A stretch of DNA of 64,000 nucleotides from Leidyana gryllorum EB-2025a (lineage: Eukaryota > Protista > Apicomplexa), in the NCBI GenBank assembly GCA_048772705.1, contig JBLWGC010000133.1, forward strand, positions 149,531-213,530, read 5' to 3'. The stretch's first letter is position 1. Each line of letters begins with the position of its first letter. The notes under the pieces were generated by a model, which saw only the letters and a program-made list of their open reading frames with translations, did no database searches and had not been told where the DNA came from. Positions 35,401 to 47,808 of this stretch are shown piece by piece. The translations under genes were made by a program, and so were the position numbers.

Positions 35401-37588
35401 TCATGCGCTCACCGCCGGCGTGTAAACGGGCTTGGGGGCCTCGCCATTCATTTGATTTATGAGCTTCAATGTCTCCATGTTGCTCGCCTGCTGTACCGCA
35501 TCCGGCCCAGTGAAAGTAGCCATCGGGATAAACTGCTCCTTCCCAGCGGGGGGCGGCTCCACTTTAGCCTTCACAGGCTTCTTTGTTGTAGTCGTAGGAA
35601 TGGCAGACTGCAGGGGCAAATTCGCTTCCTCCGGGGGACTGCCCACAGGCTCCTCACGGACACCGAAACGATAACACTTCTGCACCAAGTTGTCATACTC
35701 ATAACCTGGGCGACAGATCGGCACCGGCTTAGACCACAACAATTTCCGACACATCTGCGAATCCTGCACATATTGGTATCCGTCGGGACACAGGACAATG
35801 GGAGTCTGAGTCTGAGGCAGCACACAGCTGGTACCCTTCAAGAAACCCTCGGCACAGCCCATAATCTTCGGCAAAATCTCCTGGAAGACGCAACGATCAC
35901 CCTGAGCCACATAGGGGGCCACACAGCCCAGCTCGCCGTCGGCCAGAGCACGTCCCAGACACACTTGTTGATCCTGACCAGCCAAAGTGAAGTCACGAGG
36001 ACAGGTCACCTTAGCAGGCGATACTGCAATTTCCTCACAGTGCTGGGGGATGGCACCAGCGCCCTTCACAGGAGTCGAACCCGGGGGACAAGTGATCACA
36101 GGAGGCAACACTTCCGCCAGCACACAAGCGTTATCGGCAGCTTCGAATGTTCCGACCTCACAAGCAGGCACAGTATCAGCCACAACTTCACCGTAACACA
36201 TCTTGCTGACTCTGTCATAACTCAAACCTTTGGGACAAGTTGGTTCGGGCAAGAAGCTCTCAATGTGGATACATTGGTTCCCACGGGGGATGGCTCCCTC
36301 GGGACAAGCCAGTTGGGGTGGCACGAATTCGGTGGCAGCGCAGATTGCACCCCGAAGGCTGAAGCCAGGAGGGCAAACTTGCTCTTTGGGGATGCTGGAG
36401 CGTTTGTGGCAAGTTGCCTTATCAGCAAACACAAAGCCAGCAGGGCAGCTCTTTGCACCGGGTACGACTTCCTTGCCGTTTGTGCAGCCTCCCATTGCAG
36501 CTTTGGCCATGCCTCTCGGGCATTCCTCTCTGGGCGGGGTGGTTTCCTCTATCAAACACGAGTCACCCAACGCTTCGGAGCCGGGAGGGCACGCAGCAGA
36601 CGCAGGAGCGGTAATCTCTTGTTGGCAGAGATCGTCAGCGGAGGTGATGCGCCTGCGGAAAGCATAAATAGACGAACGGCTCGGATAGCTTACTGATCGG
36701 CACATTGGTGGAAGGGAAGAACAGAGCGTTCAACAGTGCACACACCTTCTGAGAAGACGCTGCCAGCGGGGCAAGCGAGTTCAGGTGTCACACGATGAGT
36801 CTGTACACACTTCTTCTCTCTCAAGGAGAAACCAACAGGACATTCTTCGGCGAACTGGAGAATTCGTTTCCGGGCACATTGATTCCCGATATTCTCAAAG
36901 CCAGATTCACACATTGCGATAGGAGTTGTTTCGATGACTTCAGCGCATACGCCTTGGGACAGCATTCCTGCATTGAAGGCACTGTCAACAGGGGCTGTGG
37001 GTACTACATTACCGCTGGCACACTCCAAGATTGGAGCAGTTTCCACATCCTTGGCGCAGCCGAATTCAGTGTGGTTATAAGCAGGAGGGCAGATCAATTG
37101 TTTGGGAGCTTCCATGCGGCGTTGACATCTGCCAGCTATGTCCTCATATCCTTCTGAGCAGTAGCGATCTGCTGGTCGCACACTGACCGTGCCACAAGCA
37201 CCATCACTAAAAGTCCACCCTATGGGGCATCCTAACTCTGCCTGCTTCTCATCGTTCCTTTCACACCGCTGACGCTCCTGGTTGAGCTCGAATCCCTCTA
37301 AACAGAAAAACTCGGCATCATCAACATGAATACGTCTAGTGAGTTGCACCCGCTCTCTGTAGCGTCCACTGGTGGTTGGGCGAACAGTGGTGACCGCAGG
37401 TCTAGTCGATGGTTTTGGAGCAGATACACGAGGTAAAGCTGGTGGTGTCGTCGCCGCAGCCGGGGTCGGGGGAGGCGCGATCGGACCCTGCGATTGTACG
37501 AAACCTGCTGAAAGTCACTACGGAACATCATTCTCCACTCACTGATACCGAGACACGACCACAAACAAACAAAATCGATAGTACGCAT
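35401..37588 (-). CDS. Oocyst wall protein (COWP-like) with Cys-periodic repeats and Pro/Thr-rich ends
   Basis: Signal peptide split by an intron (MRTIDFVCLWSCL|GFVQS); many CPxG[FY]xxxxxxC units (CPIGWTF, CPVGFSL, CPAGFVF, CPPGFSL, CPDGYQY, CRPGYEY). Confidence 0.85.
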
Positions 37589-37682
37589 CCTGCAGCTCAA
37601 CGAAAGGGCCTTAGTTAGCGCCCTGATCCATAGGGTGCGTTCTGTCGGAACCGGCACACACACGATTTTTCGGGGTTTTGGC

Positions 37683-38002
37683 ATGGCAGAAACCATCTTC
37701 TTCAGAAGCTATGTCCCTCAGGACCCCGAATTACGTAAACTTGCATTGCCTAAGCCCGACACAGGCGCGATTGAGCGAGCAATTGAGGAAGAAATAGAGG
37801 AAGCCCTCGAACGGGCTCGCAAACAGGTAGGATCGAACAGGGTTCCAGATATGACCCTCTTAAGGATGTAACCAAGCTCGTAACCCCTACGAAAGAAAAT
37901 GCTGATATTAAGCGCGCTCTAGAAAAGAAGGTGGCAATTCTGAAACAACGAACGGACAAGGCAGTTTACGCCTTGGCACAAGCAAAAAACATGGAGGACT
38001 AA
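37683..38002 (+). CDS. CWC18: Pre-mRNA splicing factor Cwf18/CCDC12
   Basis: IFFRSYVPQDPELRK and (exon 2) LVTPTKENADIKRALEKKVAILKQRTDKAV match the Cwf18 pattern. Confidence 0.8.
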
Positions 38003-39347
38003 AACGGGAAATGGCTTCCAGCAGGCGACCATCTAAGATCCTTTCCAGAAGGAATGCTATCGAAAGCAATATATCTAGGGTCGCGCTGGAGACGATAATA
38101 CGCCCAGTGTCGGATCTGATGATCCAGCTGGGTCAGAAGGGGATCTTTGCACTGATATCTACCGCACTGCGTATGGTGCAGTAGCACAGACTGCGAGAGG
38201 TCACGATGGAATTGGGTTTTTGATGCTACCAATGGACTCACGCGAATGCAAGTTGGGCCTTGTGTTTGCACGAACCCGACTCTGTCGTAGACATATGGGT
38301 CGTACACATCCTCTGGATGCTTCGGCGCTATCTCACTGCCAAAGGGTATCCCAGGGAACGCCTCCCTGATGAGCCGGAAACCATCGGGGCACCAAGTCCG
38401 CCCTTTGTATCGAGTGTCATAGTGGCAATGTAGAGCTTTCAAGCCGAAGAATGTACTGGGATTGAAGTCATGGGCTGTGGGTTTGGTTTTGGGGGGACAG
38501 AAAGGTTCGGGAGGTGTAACCACGTAGCCCTCGCAAATATGCGACTCCTCTGCGTTTGGCCATAATGTATCATTGGCGAAGACTCGTTGTTTGTGCTCGT
38601 ATCCGAGCGGACACTTGTTCTTCACATTCTTCCACTGTTCATAAGCATAACACTGAGTGCAGCTAACTATAATACTCACTTGCGCTGGCGAAAATATACG
38701 CTGATCGACCCCAACACATCTATATTCTGCTGGCTTCAACCAAGCCTCTAGATCTTCGTCATACTGGTCGACGTTCACCACAATAGGGTCGTAGTTGGCC
38801 AACTCCACATCACCAGCTGCCTCGAAAGCTTCGATGGCCGTTTTGTTGAGGGCATCATGCAACGCCATAGATCGCTTCACCTTCCTATTGTCTTGATTCA
38901 TCAGGAATTTCTTCTTTGGGCTGTCCATTTGTGGTGGTGGCTCGTGGGGTGGCGTTTTGAGCTCCAAAGTTAGCCCTTGAGGACATCGAAGTGTAACACC
39001 GGTGTGCTCTTCGTCTGTACAAATGCCGGGAGTTGGACTTTCGTAGGCGTTTCGCACGACATGAGGCATTCTGTATCTGTTGGAGGATCACTTGCATGAG
39101 CCGTGGCGAATTGGATGTGCACTCACCGCCTCTTCTGCAGCGGGCATTCAGTCCAAGGCAGAACTGTTATTGTCGCACTACAGTAGGGTCCGACTGGGAG
39201 CCATCCAGCCGGACATCTAATGACTATGCCATCAATTCTATTGCAAAACTAAGCAGATTCTATACCTTGCGCCAAATAGGGGTCCTTAGTATCGTCCGAG
39301 GCGTACACATGTAGCAAAGTACTGAGAAGCACAGCAAAAGTGAGCAT
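37999..39347 (-). CDS. Secreted Cys-rich protein with divergent oocyst-wall-type repeats
   Basis: Signal peptide MLTFAVLLSTLLHVYA at ATG 39347; CPQGLTL, CPLGYEH, CPPKT, CPDGFRL units separated by long inserts. Confidence 0.65.
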
Positions 39348-39400
39348 ACCGAACACGTGCGGTGGACACAAAAACACAGCCCCAAGTCAATTTTTGGGTA

Positions 39401-42400
39401 ATGAGGGCCTTTGACAGCTCCCTGCGGCCAGCAAAGAGCGAAGTACATCATGGAAGGGGTGGCTGGCAAGGAGGCAGGGGCAGAAGAGGGCCTCCCGGAC
39501 GGCGGAATCCTCCGGATGACCAGCAGGAATTGCGATACAAGCTCACTAAGGTAAAAAGTTCTGGTGGTTCACATAGACATCGGGGAGTGGCAGTTAGGTG
39601 ACTATTCGGAGCGGCTTATCACGGCAGTGAAGGATGTTGCAAGGTTGATTGATGCATTCTTGGCGCCGGAGGCCAGTCGTTGGTTGTTACCCGAGTTGGG
39701 GACAGTAGGCGAGGATGACAACGTTGATTTGCTGCACAAAGCGTTGTTGGCGAGTCCCTGGGTCCCCGAGGGGAGTCACAGCGCTTTTCTACTGCAATTG
39801 ATGTGCGACTGTATCATGAACCTGCCGCACAAGCACTCTTACTATGCGGCTCTGTGGTGGATAGTTCTGCAGGAGGCTCGTGGGCAGAGTGACCTGAATA
39901 CGTTGTTGCAGAGTGCGTACGGTATGGGTGGTGCCAAGGACGAGTTGGTGATGGTCAAGGGCGAGTTGATGGAGGATGGTGAGCCCTCTTCGCCCCAACC
40001 TCCCCAGGCTGCGGCAAAATATGAGCAAGGGACCAAACGAAATATCCCTGCGCAGGAGCGAGAGCAAGGATTGCGCTATGTGCATCTGTTCGGTGCATTG
40101 GTTCATCGATTACGGTCCGAAATTGAGCAGATCTTCCGACGGGAAGGTGGGCTCCACAAGCTGCACTTGGCGAGCAACGCCTTCCGATTCTTGGCGGATT
40201 GCGTCAACTTGACACTGATGGATCCTGTGACATATATTAACATGGCTCAGGGTTTGTTGACAGCTGCCCAAAGTGCTCCTGAGCAGATTTCCGATATTTA
40301 TATGGAGTTTGGTATCTGCAATCTGTTGTGGCTGAATCGCAACATCTTCCAAGCACACCAGGATCTGTTTGCGGCTGCAGCACAGGCGGTGACAGCGTTG
40401 GGTGAGGCGCGTGCGGCTCGCAGCCGAGCTCAAGTGCGTGCGAGCCATCCTCTGGTCAACTTTGAGGGTGTGAAAGGTTACCGATTGTCTCTGGAGTCAG
40501 GTCAGGACCAGATTGATGCTTTGTGCATTGCTTTCCACGCCTCATTGGGACGCGGATGGGTATCGAAGACCATTCCTCGGTTGTACGAGAGTCCAAAGTT
40601 GGGTGAATATCGTGACAAGCCCCTGCTGCTGAGGATGAAGGTGGAGATTGATTGTTCAATCGATCCTGACACCTTCCCCGCCTTCAAGACGGACCTGGAG
40701 ACTCTGGCCCGCGAGGAAGAGATCCGGAAGCCCAAACCGGTCCAATTGTACCAGGCGCCGATGAGTTGGCTTTTCTGGAAGCGTGCGAACCGTCCTGGAA
40801 TTCCGCTGTGTCTCTTCACAGATAGTGACATAAGCGCTGTTCTGGACGTCGAACCGCTGGGGCCTGCTGATGTGTGGTAAGTTATTTGATATTGGAGTCA
40901 CCGCCGAATATTTGCTGTGCAGCGTAACACGAACGTATATTCACAGTACCCTGGCTGTGTATTTCCAGGATCCTGATCTATGTGCTGAGCAGTTGATGGG
41001 ATTGCCAATCAAACACGATCAGTTCCTGTACATTCTGGCTGAAGAGATCTTCAGCACTTGTTTGGCGCCTCCATACTCACCATTGGCCACCATGGGATAC
41101 ACGCGTTTGGCAGCTGTTTTCATGACTCAGTTGTTACACCGGCTGTGCATTCTGGAGCGGTCGTTGATCCCGGTAAGGTTCGAGACCAGTGATGCATCAT
41201 TCTGTATTTGCCACAGATCATCACGCGGGCTTTTACTAATTTGGTAAAGAGCGTTTCGTGTTGGGACGAATTGACGTTTCACCAAATGGTTGCCTTCACG
41301 GCACATTGGGTATCAGCCGATGAGAAGTACAGTCGAGAAATAATGGGAGTATTATCTCGATGCCCCGATATTTCTGAAATGGCACTCAGATTCAAGCCTG
41401 AGGCCGAGACTATTGAAGAAGGCGAGAGTGGCGAATCGAGGGATGTCAAGTTTTCACCATCACAAGTGGCACGCATTGGCACTCCTTTGGCTGAAATTTC
41501 ATGTCTGAAGAGCCATTCGCTACGGTTCTTGGCTCATTTGGCCGCCAAGATGCGAGTGGTTATGCCGGGCGAGACGTTGGAGAACCGTCTGCCACCTGAG
41601 CTACACTTTGTGTTGTTTGATGAGGCGTCATTGGAAGATGAACTGAGATTCAACGATCCGGGACCCGATACCCGTGTGCCTGATAACATTGCCGAGATGC
41701 GTAACTTGAATTTGAGTGGGATGAGCTGTTTGGAAGCGACAATGTTACGTCGCTTATTACGGTTGCAAGTGACGGGTAAACGGGAGTGTCAAGTTGTTAT
41801 CGCTGAAGCGTTGGCGTTCCTGCAAAGTCGGGTTGGTCAGCCTTTCCTGCGCGACATCTCTGAATATACTCGAGACTTTGTGGATCGGCTGCTGTTCCCT
41901 CCGACAGTGAAATCGCTCAAACGGGACGCTGTCAGGGTCAAGGCGGCCCCGGGCGAAGACGGTGACTCGGGCGCCGAGGAGCCCAGCTCCAAACGGATGA
42001 GAAATGACGCTGGACAACAAGTGGCTCCCGTGGTCAAAATCGAAGCCACCGAGATCAACGATACCGATGAGCAGCAGCCGGCCCCTCCCGCTGCTACAGC
42101 AACAATGTCGGAGCCGCCGAGCAGAGTAAAGGAGGAAATGAGTGAAGAACCCACCGAGAGTAACATTACCTTCGTTGATAATGGCACCCGAAAGATTCTC
42201 GAAGTGCCATTCCCATGTTTCGAGGGAACAGCTGCGGCCGCGTTCGTTTGGACGCGAGAAACATTGACTAAACTGTTGGCAAATGTTCTTGTCTGTTCCG
42301 GGTCAAGAACTCTATCCCACTCCCAGAAGGTTTTGGACCTGTATGTCCCGCTATTGAGCAAATGGCGGGAGCTCTTGTTAGCCGAAACTGCCGCCGAACC

Positions 42401-43220
42401 AACGCCGGAAGCCCGTGATCAAATTCGGCAGCATGTGGATACTATCCTTGTCAATACCATTTCTGAGGCTTGGCTCAGAACTTCGGCGCCCAGGTGAGTA
42501 CCGGCCGGTCGCTGTCACACCGTATTTCTGTTGGCATTGATGGTCACAGGTTCAAATTCGTCTTGCAACAATTCATGACCCATGACGCTGTCACGCCGGA
42601 GAATCTATTGAATACGCTGCTGCAGCACAACGGGGACCAAATTCCATTTGTATGCACAGGTAACTAGCACCACCGATTCCGGCGCCCTCATAAACTCATC
42701 TTATTCCACAGTCATCGGAGATTCGCTGTTTGCTGACATCCTGGAAACCATTGTGGGGCTAATCAGTAGCGATGTACCGAGCCGCACCACATTCGCAAGT
42801 CTGCAACTAAAAGAACTGGAAGACGAAGGAGCCCCTGCTTCGTCCCCGTTCGTTCCTCCGTCAGCCAGCGAACGTCAGCAGCAGCTGGCCCGGGTGTATG
42901 CTGTTGCTTTGAGGAAGATCGCAGGCACGTGTGAAAGAGCCCTATCATTGGAAAAGACGAGCCAAACTCAGTCCTTGACAGTGACCATTGCCTTGAATAA
43001 GTTGGCCAGACTCCTTAAAGATGCAATGCATGCCGGAGCAATAATTGTGGTCAATGAGCTTGTAAGTCAAACACAGGTTCCGAACACTATTTTATTTCAG
43101 ATGGCGCAAGCGCAACATGTCTGGCCTGAACTTACAACCGTTTTGCCCCACTTGGGTGCGGATGTGCTCAGCGTCATGCATGAGGGTGCGGTGATCTGGC
43201 AGAGTGGGTACAGTGGCTAG
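39401..43220 (+). CDS. NCBP1: Nuclear cap-binding protein subunit 1 (CBP80, MIF4G domains)
   Basis: Basic N-terminus; CIMNLPHKHSYYAAL, CAEQLMGLP...YILAEEIFS...PYSP...YTRL, GSRTLSHSQKVL. Confidence 0.8.
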
Positions 43221-43281
43221 TGTGTGCGTCTCCTGTTTGGTACGGCTTTTCTCTCGTGGTGACCTAAAAATGGATTGAAGA

Positions 43282-45579
43282 ATGAATATCACGGCTCCTA
43301 CATCTGTCGGTCGGGTGTCAAAACTGCGAAAGTCGTTCCATCGGCACTTCCGGCACCCTCGATCTCGCCTACTGCTCCTGGTGTGTTGTGCCGCAATCAG
43401 TCTGCTAGTTTTTGCCTTGCTCACACGTCTGAGACCCAGCAAAAACCAACCCCAGATTCTGCGTGACTTAGCAGCAGCTCATGCAGGCTCCACGCATAGA
43501 GTCAAAGGTACGGACAGTATTTGGGACGGGTCGCCGTTGGGCAAGAAGCTTCAAAACGAACTCAAGTGGAATTATCTAGCTGAAGAGAAGGGAGTTCCGT
43601 ATGCTGGTAGTGATTATTGGCTCAAGCAATTGCCTGTGGGCTCGCGCGGGTACATTAATTCATTGGCGGTCTTCAAGAAAGCGGATACCAAGGATCACCA
43701 ACATGGCCAGTTGGGTATCCGTGCCGATGGTACAGAGGTGTGGGAACCAGCCCAAATGCCCCCCGCGAACCCTGACGAGGTAATATATGAAGTTGCGACG
43801 TCTCTCACTTTAGCCTGTGTACACTTACAGTATCCCGGAGGTCGAACAGCCGCGATGAAGAACGGCGGCTTCTATTTGGACTTATCGAACGCGTTGCCGC
43901 TCAGCCGGATTATTCCGGATAATCGCGAGCCGATTTGCAGAGAAGTCAAGTTTAATTACACCGAGCTACCCGACGCAAGTATTGTGATCACCTTCTACAA
44001 TGAACCCATCAGCACTTTGTTGCGGACCGTCTATTCGGTATTGAACTACACGCCACCCCCGCTGCTCCGGGAGATCATATTGGTGGACGACCACAGTGAC
44101 TTGGAAGAAAACTTACCAGGCGGTCCCCTATACGACCACGTTAATCACTTACCTAAAGTCAAGCTCGTGAGTGCCATGTTTCGCCACCTCAAAACAGCCC
44201 CCCCCCTCCACTCCAGATGCGTATGCACGAACGTCAAGGGATTGTGCACGCGCGTATCGCTGGAGCTAAGGCTGCTCGTGGCAGTGTTTTATTGGTTTTA
44301 GATAGCCACATTGAGGTCAATCCGGGCTGGATCGAGCCTCAACTCGATCGCATTCGAGAGAGTCCTGAGTCTATCGTATTCCCGCAGATACTGTCTCTAA
44401 CTCACGACACCTTTGAGCACAAGACTACTTCGGGTATTGGCTGTACCCTGACGTTCCGCTGGGCCGTTGTTGAGCAAGCCTCACTGACAGGGAAAGTTAC
44501 TTCAAGAGATCCCATAGCATCGCCGTCTATGGCGGGAGGGCTTTTCGCCATCGATCGCAATTGGTTCTGGGAAATGGGAGGCTACGATGAAGGGTTTGTC
44601 GCATGGGGAGCTGAGAATGTGGAAATGGCCTTTAGAGCTTGGATGTGTGGAGGAAAGGTTGAGTGTGTGCCATGTTCGAAGACATATCATATATTCAGAA
44701 AAGGGTGAGTCGATCGGTTTGGCGAAACATTGCACTGTTCCTTTCCCACAGCGGCTCGGGATATGCGAATCCGCCAGGAGCGTTATGGCGGAATCGCAAG
44801 CGCACTGCACGTGTGTGGATGGACGAGTACTATCAAGTGGCGTCCAAACTGATCGACATATCCGCTACACATCCTTTTGATGACGACTTTGGAGATATCA
44901 ATCAGGTGGGCGAGAGGAGAGTATTGATTGGTTGAGTCTCAATATTAATCCGTGTACAGATGCTATTGTTAAAGGAGCGATTACAGTGCAAGCCATTCCG
45001 GTGGTATTTGGAGAACGTGGATCCTCAGCATGATCTTCAGAGACTATCAGATGTCAGAGGGTTGGGGCGGATTCGCACTGCGAACAATATCTGTCTGGAC
45101 CTGAAGGGCGGACGGACGGCGGGAGCTGAGGTCCACGCATATGGCTGTCACGGAGCCAAGACGTACTCTGCGAATCAGGGCTTTCTGGTGACGCAGTAAG
45201 TGTGGGGCCTGAAAGGAAACTCGTTTGAATGTGTTACGCACGCAGAGGTGATCGTCGTATCCGTGTGATGGCGAATGACAAGCGTTGTGTGTCTGGACAC
45301 ACGGTGGGGAAGATTCAATTGGAGCAGTGCACGGATTCGAAGAGTCCGCATTGGGAGTTGAAGCCGGTGAACGGTACTCGTTATCTACTGAAGTGGACGG
45401 AGAAGAAGGCTGGGAAGTGTTTGAGTTTGATAAATTCAACAAAGGTGTCTTTGACGGATTGTGAAGGGGCATCTGAGTGGGAATTGGATAGGTTGGAAAT
45501 AGATCCGAATTTCGAATTGCCGAAATATCAATCGTTAAGAAGAGCCAAAAAGACACTGCCACCTCCCTCCTCGTTCTAA
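43282..45579 (+). CDS. Polypeptide N-acetylgalactosaminyltransferase (GT27) with ricin-type lectin domain, paralog 2
   Basis: Type II TM; SIVITFYNE, EIILVDD, LDSHIE, SMAGGLF, WGAENVEM; ricin-like CLDLKGG...YGCHG. Confidence 0.93.
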
Positions 45580-45614
45580 AGCTTGACGACTGTATTTTTA
45601 CCTCCTTTGTGCTT

Positions 45615-46539
45615 TCACGGTTGTGGCTGATCTGTGGTCTTCCGTTTGGCCCATTCAACATTGAGCAGCACGTTCTGGAATCCGACCTTATGAAGCTTCT
45701 TGATGGCGGTTTCTGCTTCGAATCTGGTTTTGTAGGTGATGAAGGCATATCCACGGCTGACATTGGTTTCTTTGTTGCGTGCCAAGAAGTGGCGGAGGAC
45801 TTGGCCGCAGCGGTTGAATAGCAGGACGAGATCTTCGTCATCGGTGTACTCTGGCAGATTGGTGACCCGAACAGTGCGGTCGTCATTGTCTTGAGCGCGT
45901 ACGTGGCGTTCGGGGGGACCGGCAGCAGCTGCAGCGACGGCGGCGACTTCGTCTTTTTCTGCAATGGCGAGTAGCTGCGGGGCGGGCACAGCGTTGGTGG
46001 TAGAAAGTGTTGGTGTTTGTAGCTTACGGGTCGGGGATCTGGGTTGGAGAGCATTTCAAAGTATCTTTGGATATCTTGTAACTGTCTCTTTTGTATGGCG
46101 AGTTCAGCTCCGGATGTGACGAGCATACTGAAGTCTTCGTGAGCGTCGTTGGCGAGGAGGCCAAAGTTACGTGCGGGCCGCAGCTGTTCATCTTGAGGGG
46201 CAGTGGTGATGGTCATATATTTCTTGTAGTCTCCCTTGTTGAAGTCGAGGGACTCGAGTCCGAACTTTTTCCAGTTCTTCTGTCGCTCTTTGACGGCTTT
46301 GGGTACAACAGTGACTCTCCGTTGGACCCGATACTTGCGTTCACACTTCATCTGGCGGCCGTCAGCATCGCGGTAGTAGGTTGTGACCACTTTGGTGCCT
46401 GGAAGGAGGGGTGTGTGTTTAAATTTGTGGTTTTCTTACCATCAGGTAGGTACGTGGTGAGTCCCTCATTGGCGTCGTCGTCGTTGTCATGCTCTATGTC
46501 AGCCCAGCTTTTGACTGGAGGGGGGTTGGAAGCAATCAT
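45615..46539 (-). CDS. EIF3G: Translation initiation factor 3 subunit G
   Basis: SWADIE, VVTTYYRDADGRQMK, ERQKNWKKFG; C-terminal RRM TVRVTNLPE...SRGYAFITY...LLNVEWAK. Confidence 0.92.
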
Positions 46540-46551
46540 TTTTTGGAGGTA

Positions 46552-47808
46552 CTAAATTTTGTGAAGCGAAATTGAATGGCTATTGCGTTTCTTGAGCTGA
46601 TATGCTCGGCCGCAGTGTATCAAAACCGAGGCTGCGGCACATATTGGTATGCCGACTGCGTAGGATATTAGGCGCTTGTTGCTTCCTTGAGTGTCGAGCA
46701 TCAGAGTCCCCAACAATTGGCCGACACAAACGAGTGAAAAGGTGAGGCAAAATCCGAGATTGGGTGGGAGAAGGGTTACAGAGGTTAGATAGAGTATCGA
46801 CAGTGGAGCCACGCAGACTGCCCACCAATCCGAGGATGTTAGTCTATCGAATCGAGGTTTGGGGTATGTAGATAGGGCTAATACCAGAGAGAACACCGAT
46901 CCAGAAATGTAGTTCCAAGCTAAAGCTCGGCGGAAATGGCCGACTATTAGTCCAAGCTTGCGTCCAACAGCAGCTTGGAAGCCGCCAAGAATGCCTGTGA
47001 CTATACAGAATATGAAAAACGCAGCGTGTTTGGGTCCAATATTATTCCATTGTGACCAATATGAGATTACGAAAAATGTTCCGAAGACACCAGCGGACAA
47101 TATGGCGCCCGCAGCGCATATCCAGTTCAGTTGGCCCTTTTGGGTCCACAGCCATCCGGTGTGATCGAAAACCATTGCGATCGCTTGTTGACCCAACATC
47201 ATCCCTGCAGCTGTCATGGCATTATCTATAACAGACTCTGTCTGAGGCCCTATAATGTGCTGCACGGCACCAGCCACCCCTGCCAGAACAATTAGACAAT
47301 TCTGGGTATCTTGGTGCAGAAAACTCTTCAAAGATCTCCAAGCCGCACCGTAAGTCGGCAAGCGTTCTGTGCATACAGCGTAAGATACAGTGAGCAATAT
47401 AGCCCCCAAGTAGCCCATGATAACCGCCCAATAAGACGTCCCCAAAGCCTCCTCCAACCGGCGGACTTGACGTCGCATAACCGGCATCACGAATCCCGCC
47501 AACACGGGCAACAGATATATTGTATAGAAATAGTTACGCGGGGGGGGGCTGCCAGCGACGGGGGGTCGAGGAGGGTGTGGCGGTTCTGCGGCGGGAGGAG
47601 GGATCGCGTCGCTCATTGTAGATTGACTATGCTGGAGAATGATGACGTGTTCATCCTCATCCTCTGCGTCCGATAAGTGGTGCCCGCCACTCCGAACAGC
47701 CCCATACCAATGATCAGCATTGGTTCGCGGGTCGTTAGGGAGCTCTTCTGGTAACCGTTTGGGCTCTCTAACAGCGGCTGCCAACATCTGTTGTTGATCC
47801 ATTTTCAT
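46552..47808 (-). CDS. DMT-superfamily transporter, duplicated DUF606/YdcZ-like domains (more divergent paralog)
   Basis: Intronless, about 10 TM; LAGFVMPV, LGQQAIAMVFDHTGW, FQAAVGRKLG, VGQLLGTLMLD; clearly homologous to 50688-51989. Confidence 0.75.
   Translation of the reverse strand: MKMDQQQMLAAAVREPKRLPEELPNDPRTNADHWYGAVRSGGHHLSDAEDEDEHVIILQHSQSTMSDAIPPPAAEPPHPPRPPVAGSPPPRNYFYTIYLLPVLAGFVMPVMRRQVRRLEEALGTSYWAVIMGYLGAILLTVSYAVCTERLPTYGAAWRSLKSFLHQDTQNCLIVLAGVAGAVQHIIGPQTESVIDNAMTAAGMMLGQQAIAMVFDHTGWLWTQKGQLNWICAAGAILSAGVFGTFFVISYWSQWNNIGPKHAAFFIFCIVTGILGGFQAAVGRKLGLIVGHFRRALAWNYISGSVFSLVLALSTYPKPRFDRLTSSDWWAVCVAPLSILYLTSVTLLPPNLGFCLTFSLVCVGQLLGTLMLDTQGSNKRLISYAVGIPICAAASVLIHCGRAYQLKKRNSHSISLHKI

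Noticed and set aside
35452-36696. 414-aa plus-strand ORF
   Set aside because: Antisense shadow of the COWP-like gene, with no recognisable protein features
45047-46390. 447-aa minus-strand ORF as a single protein
   Set aside because: Chimera of one eIF3g exon, intron read-through and the antisense of ppGalNAc-T2
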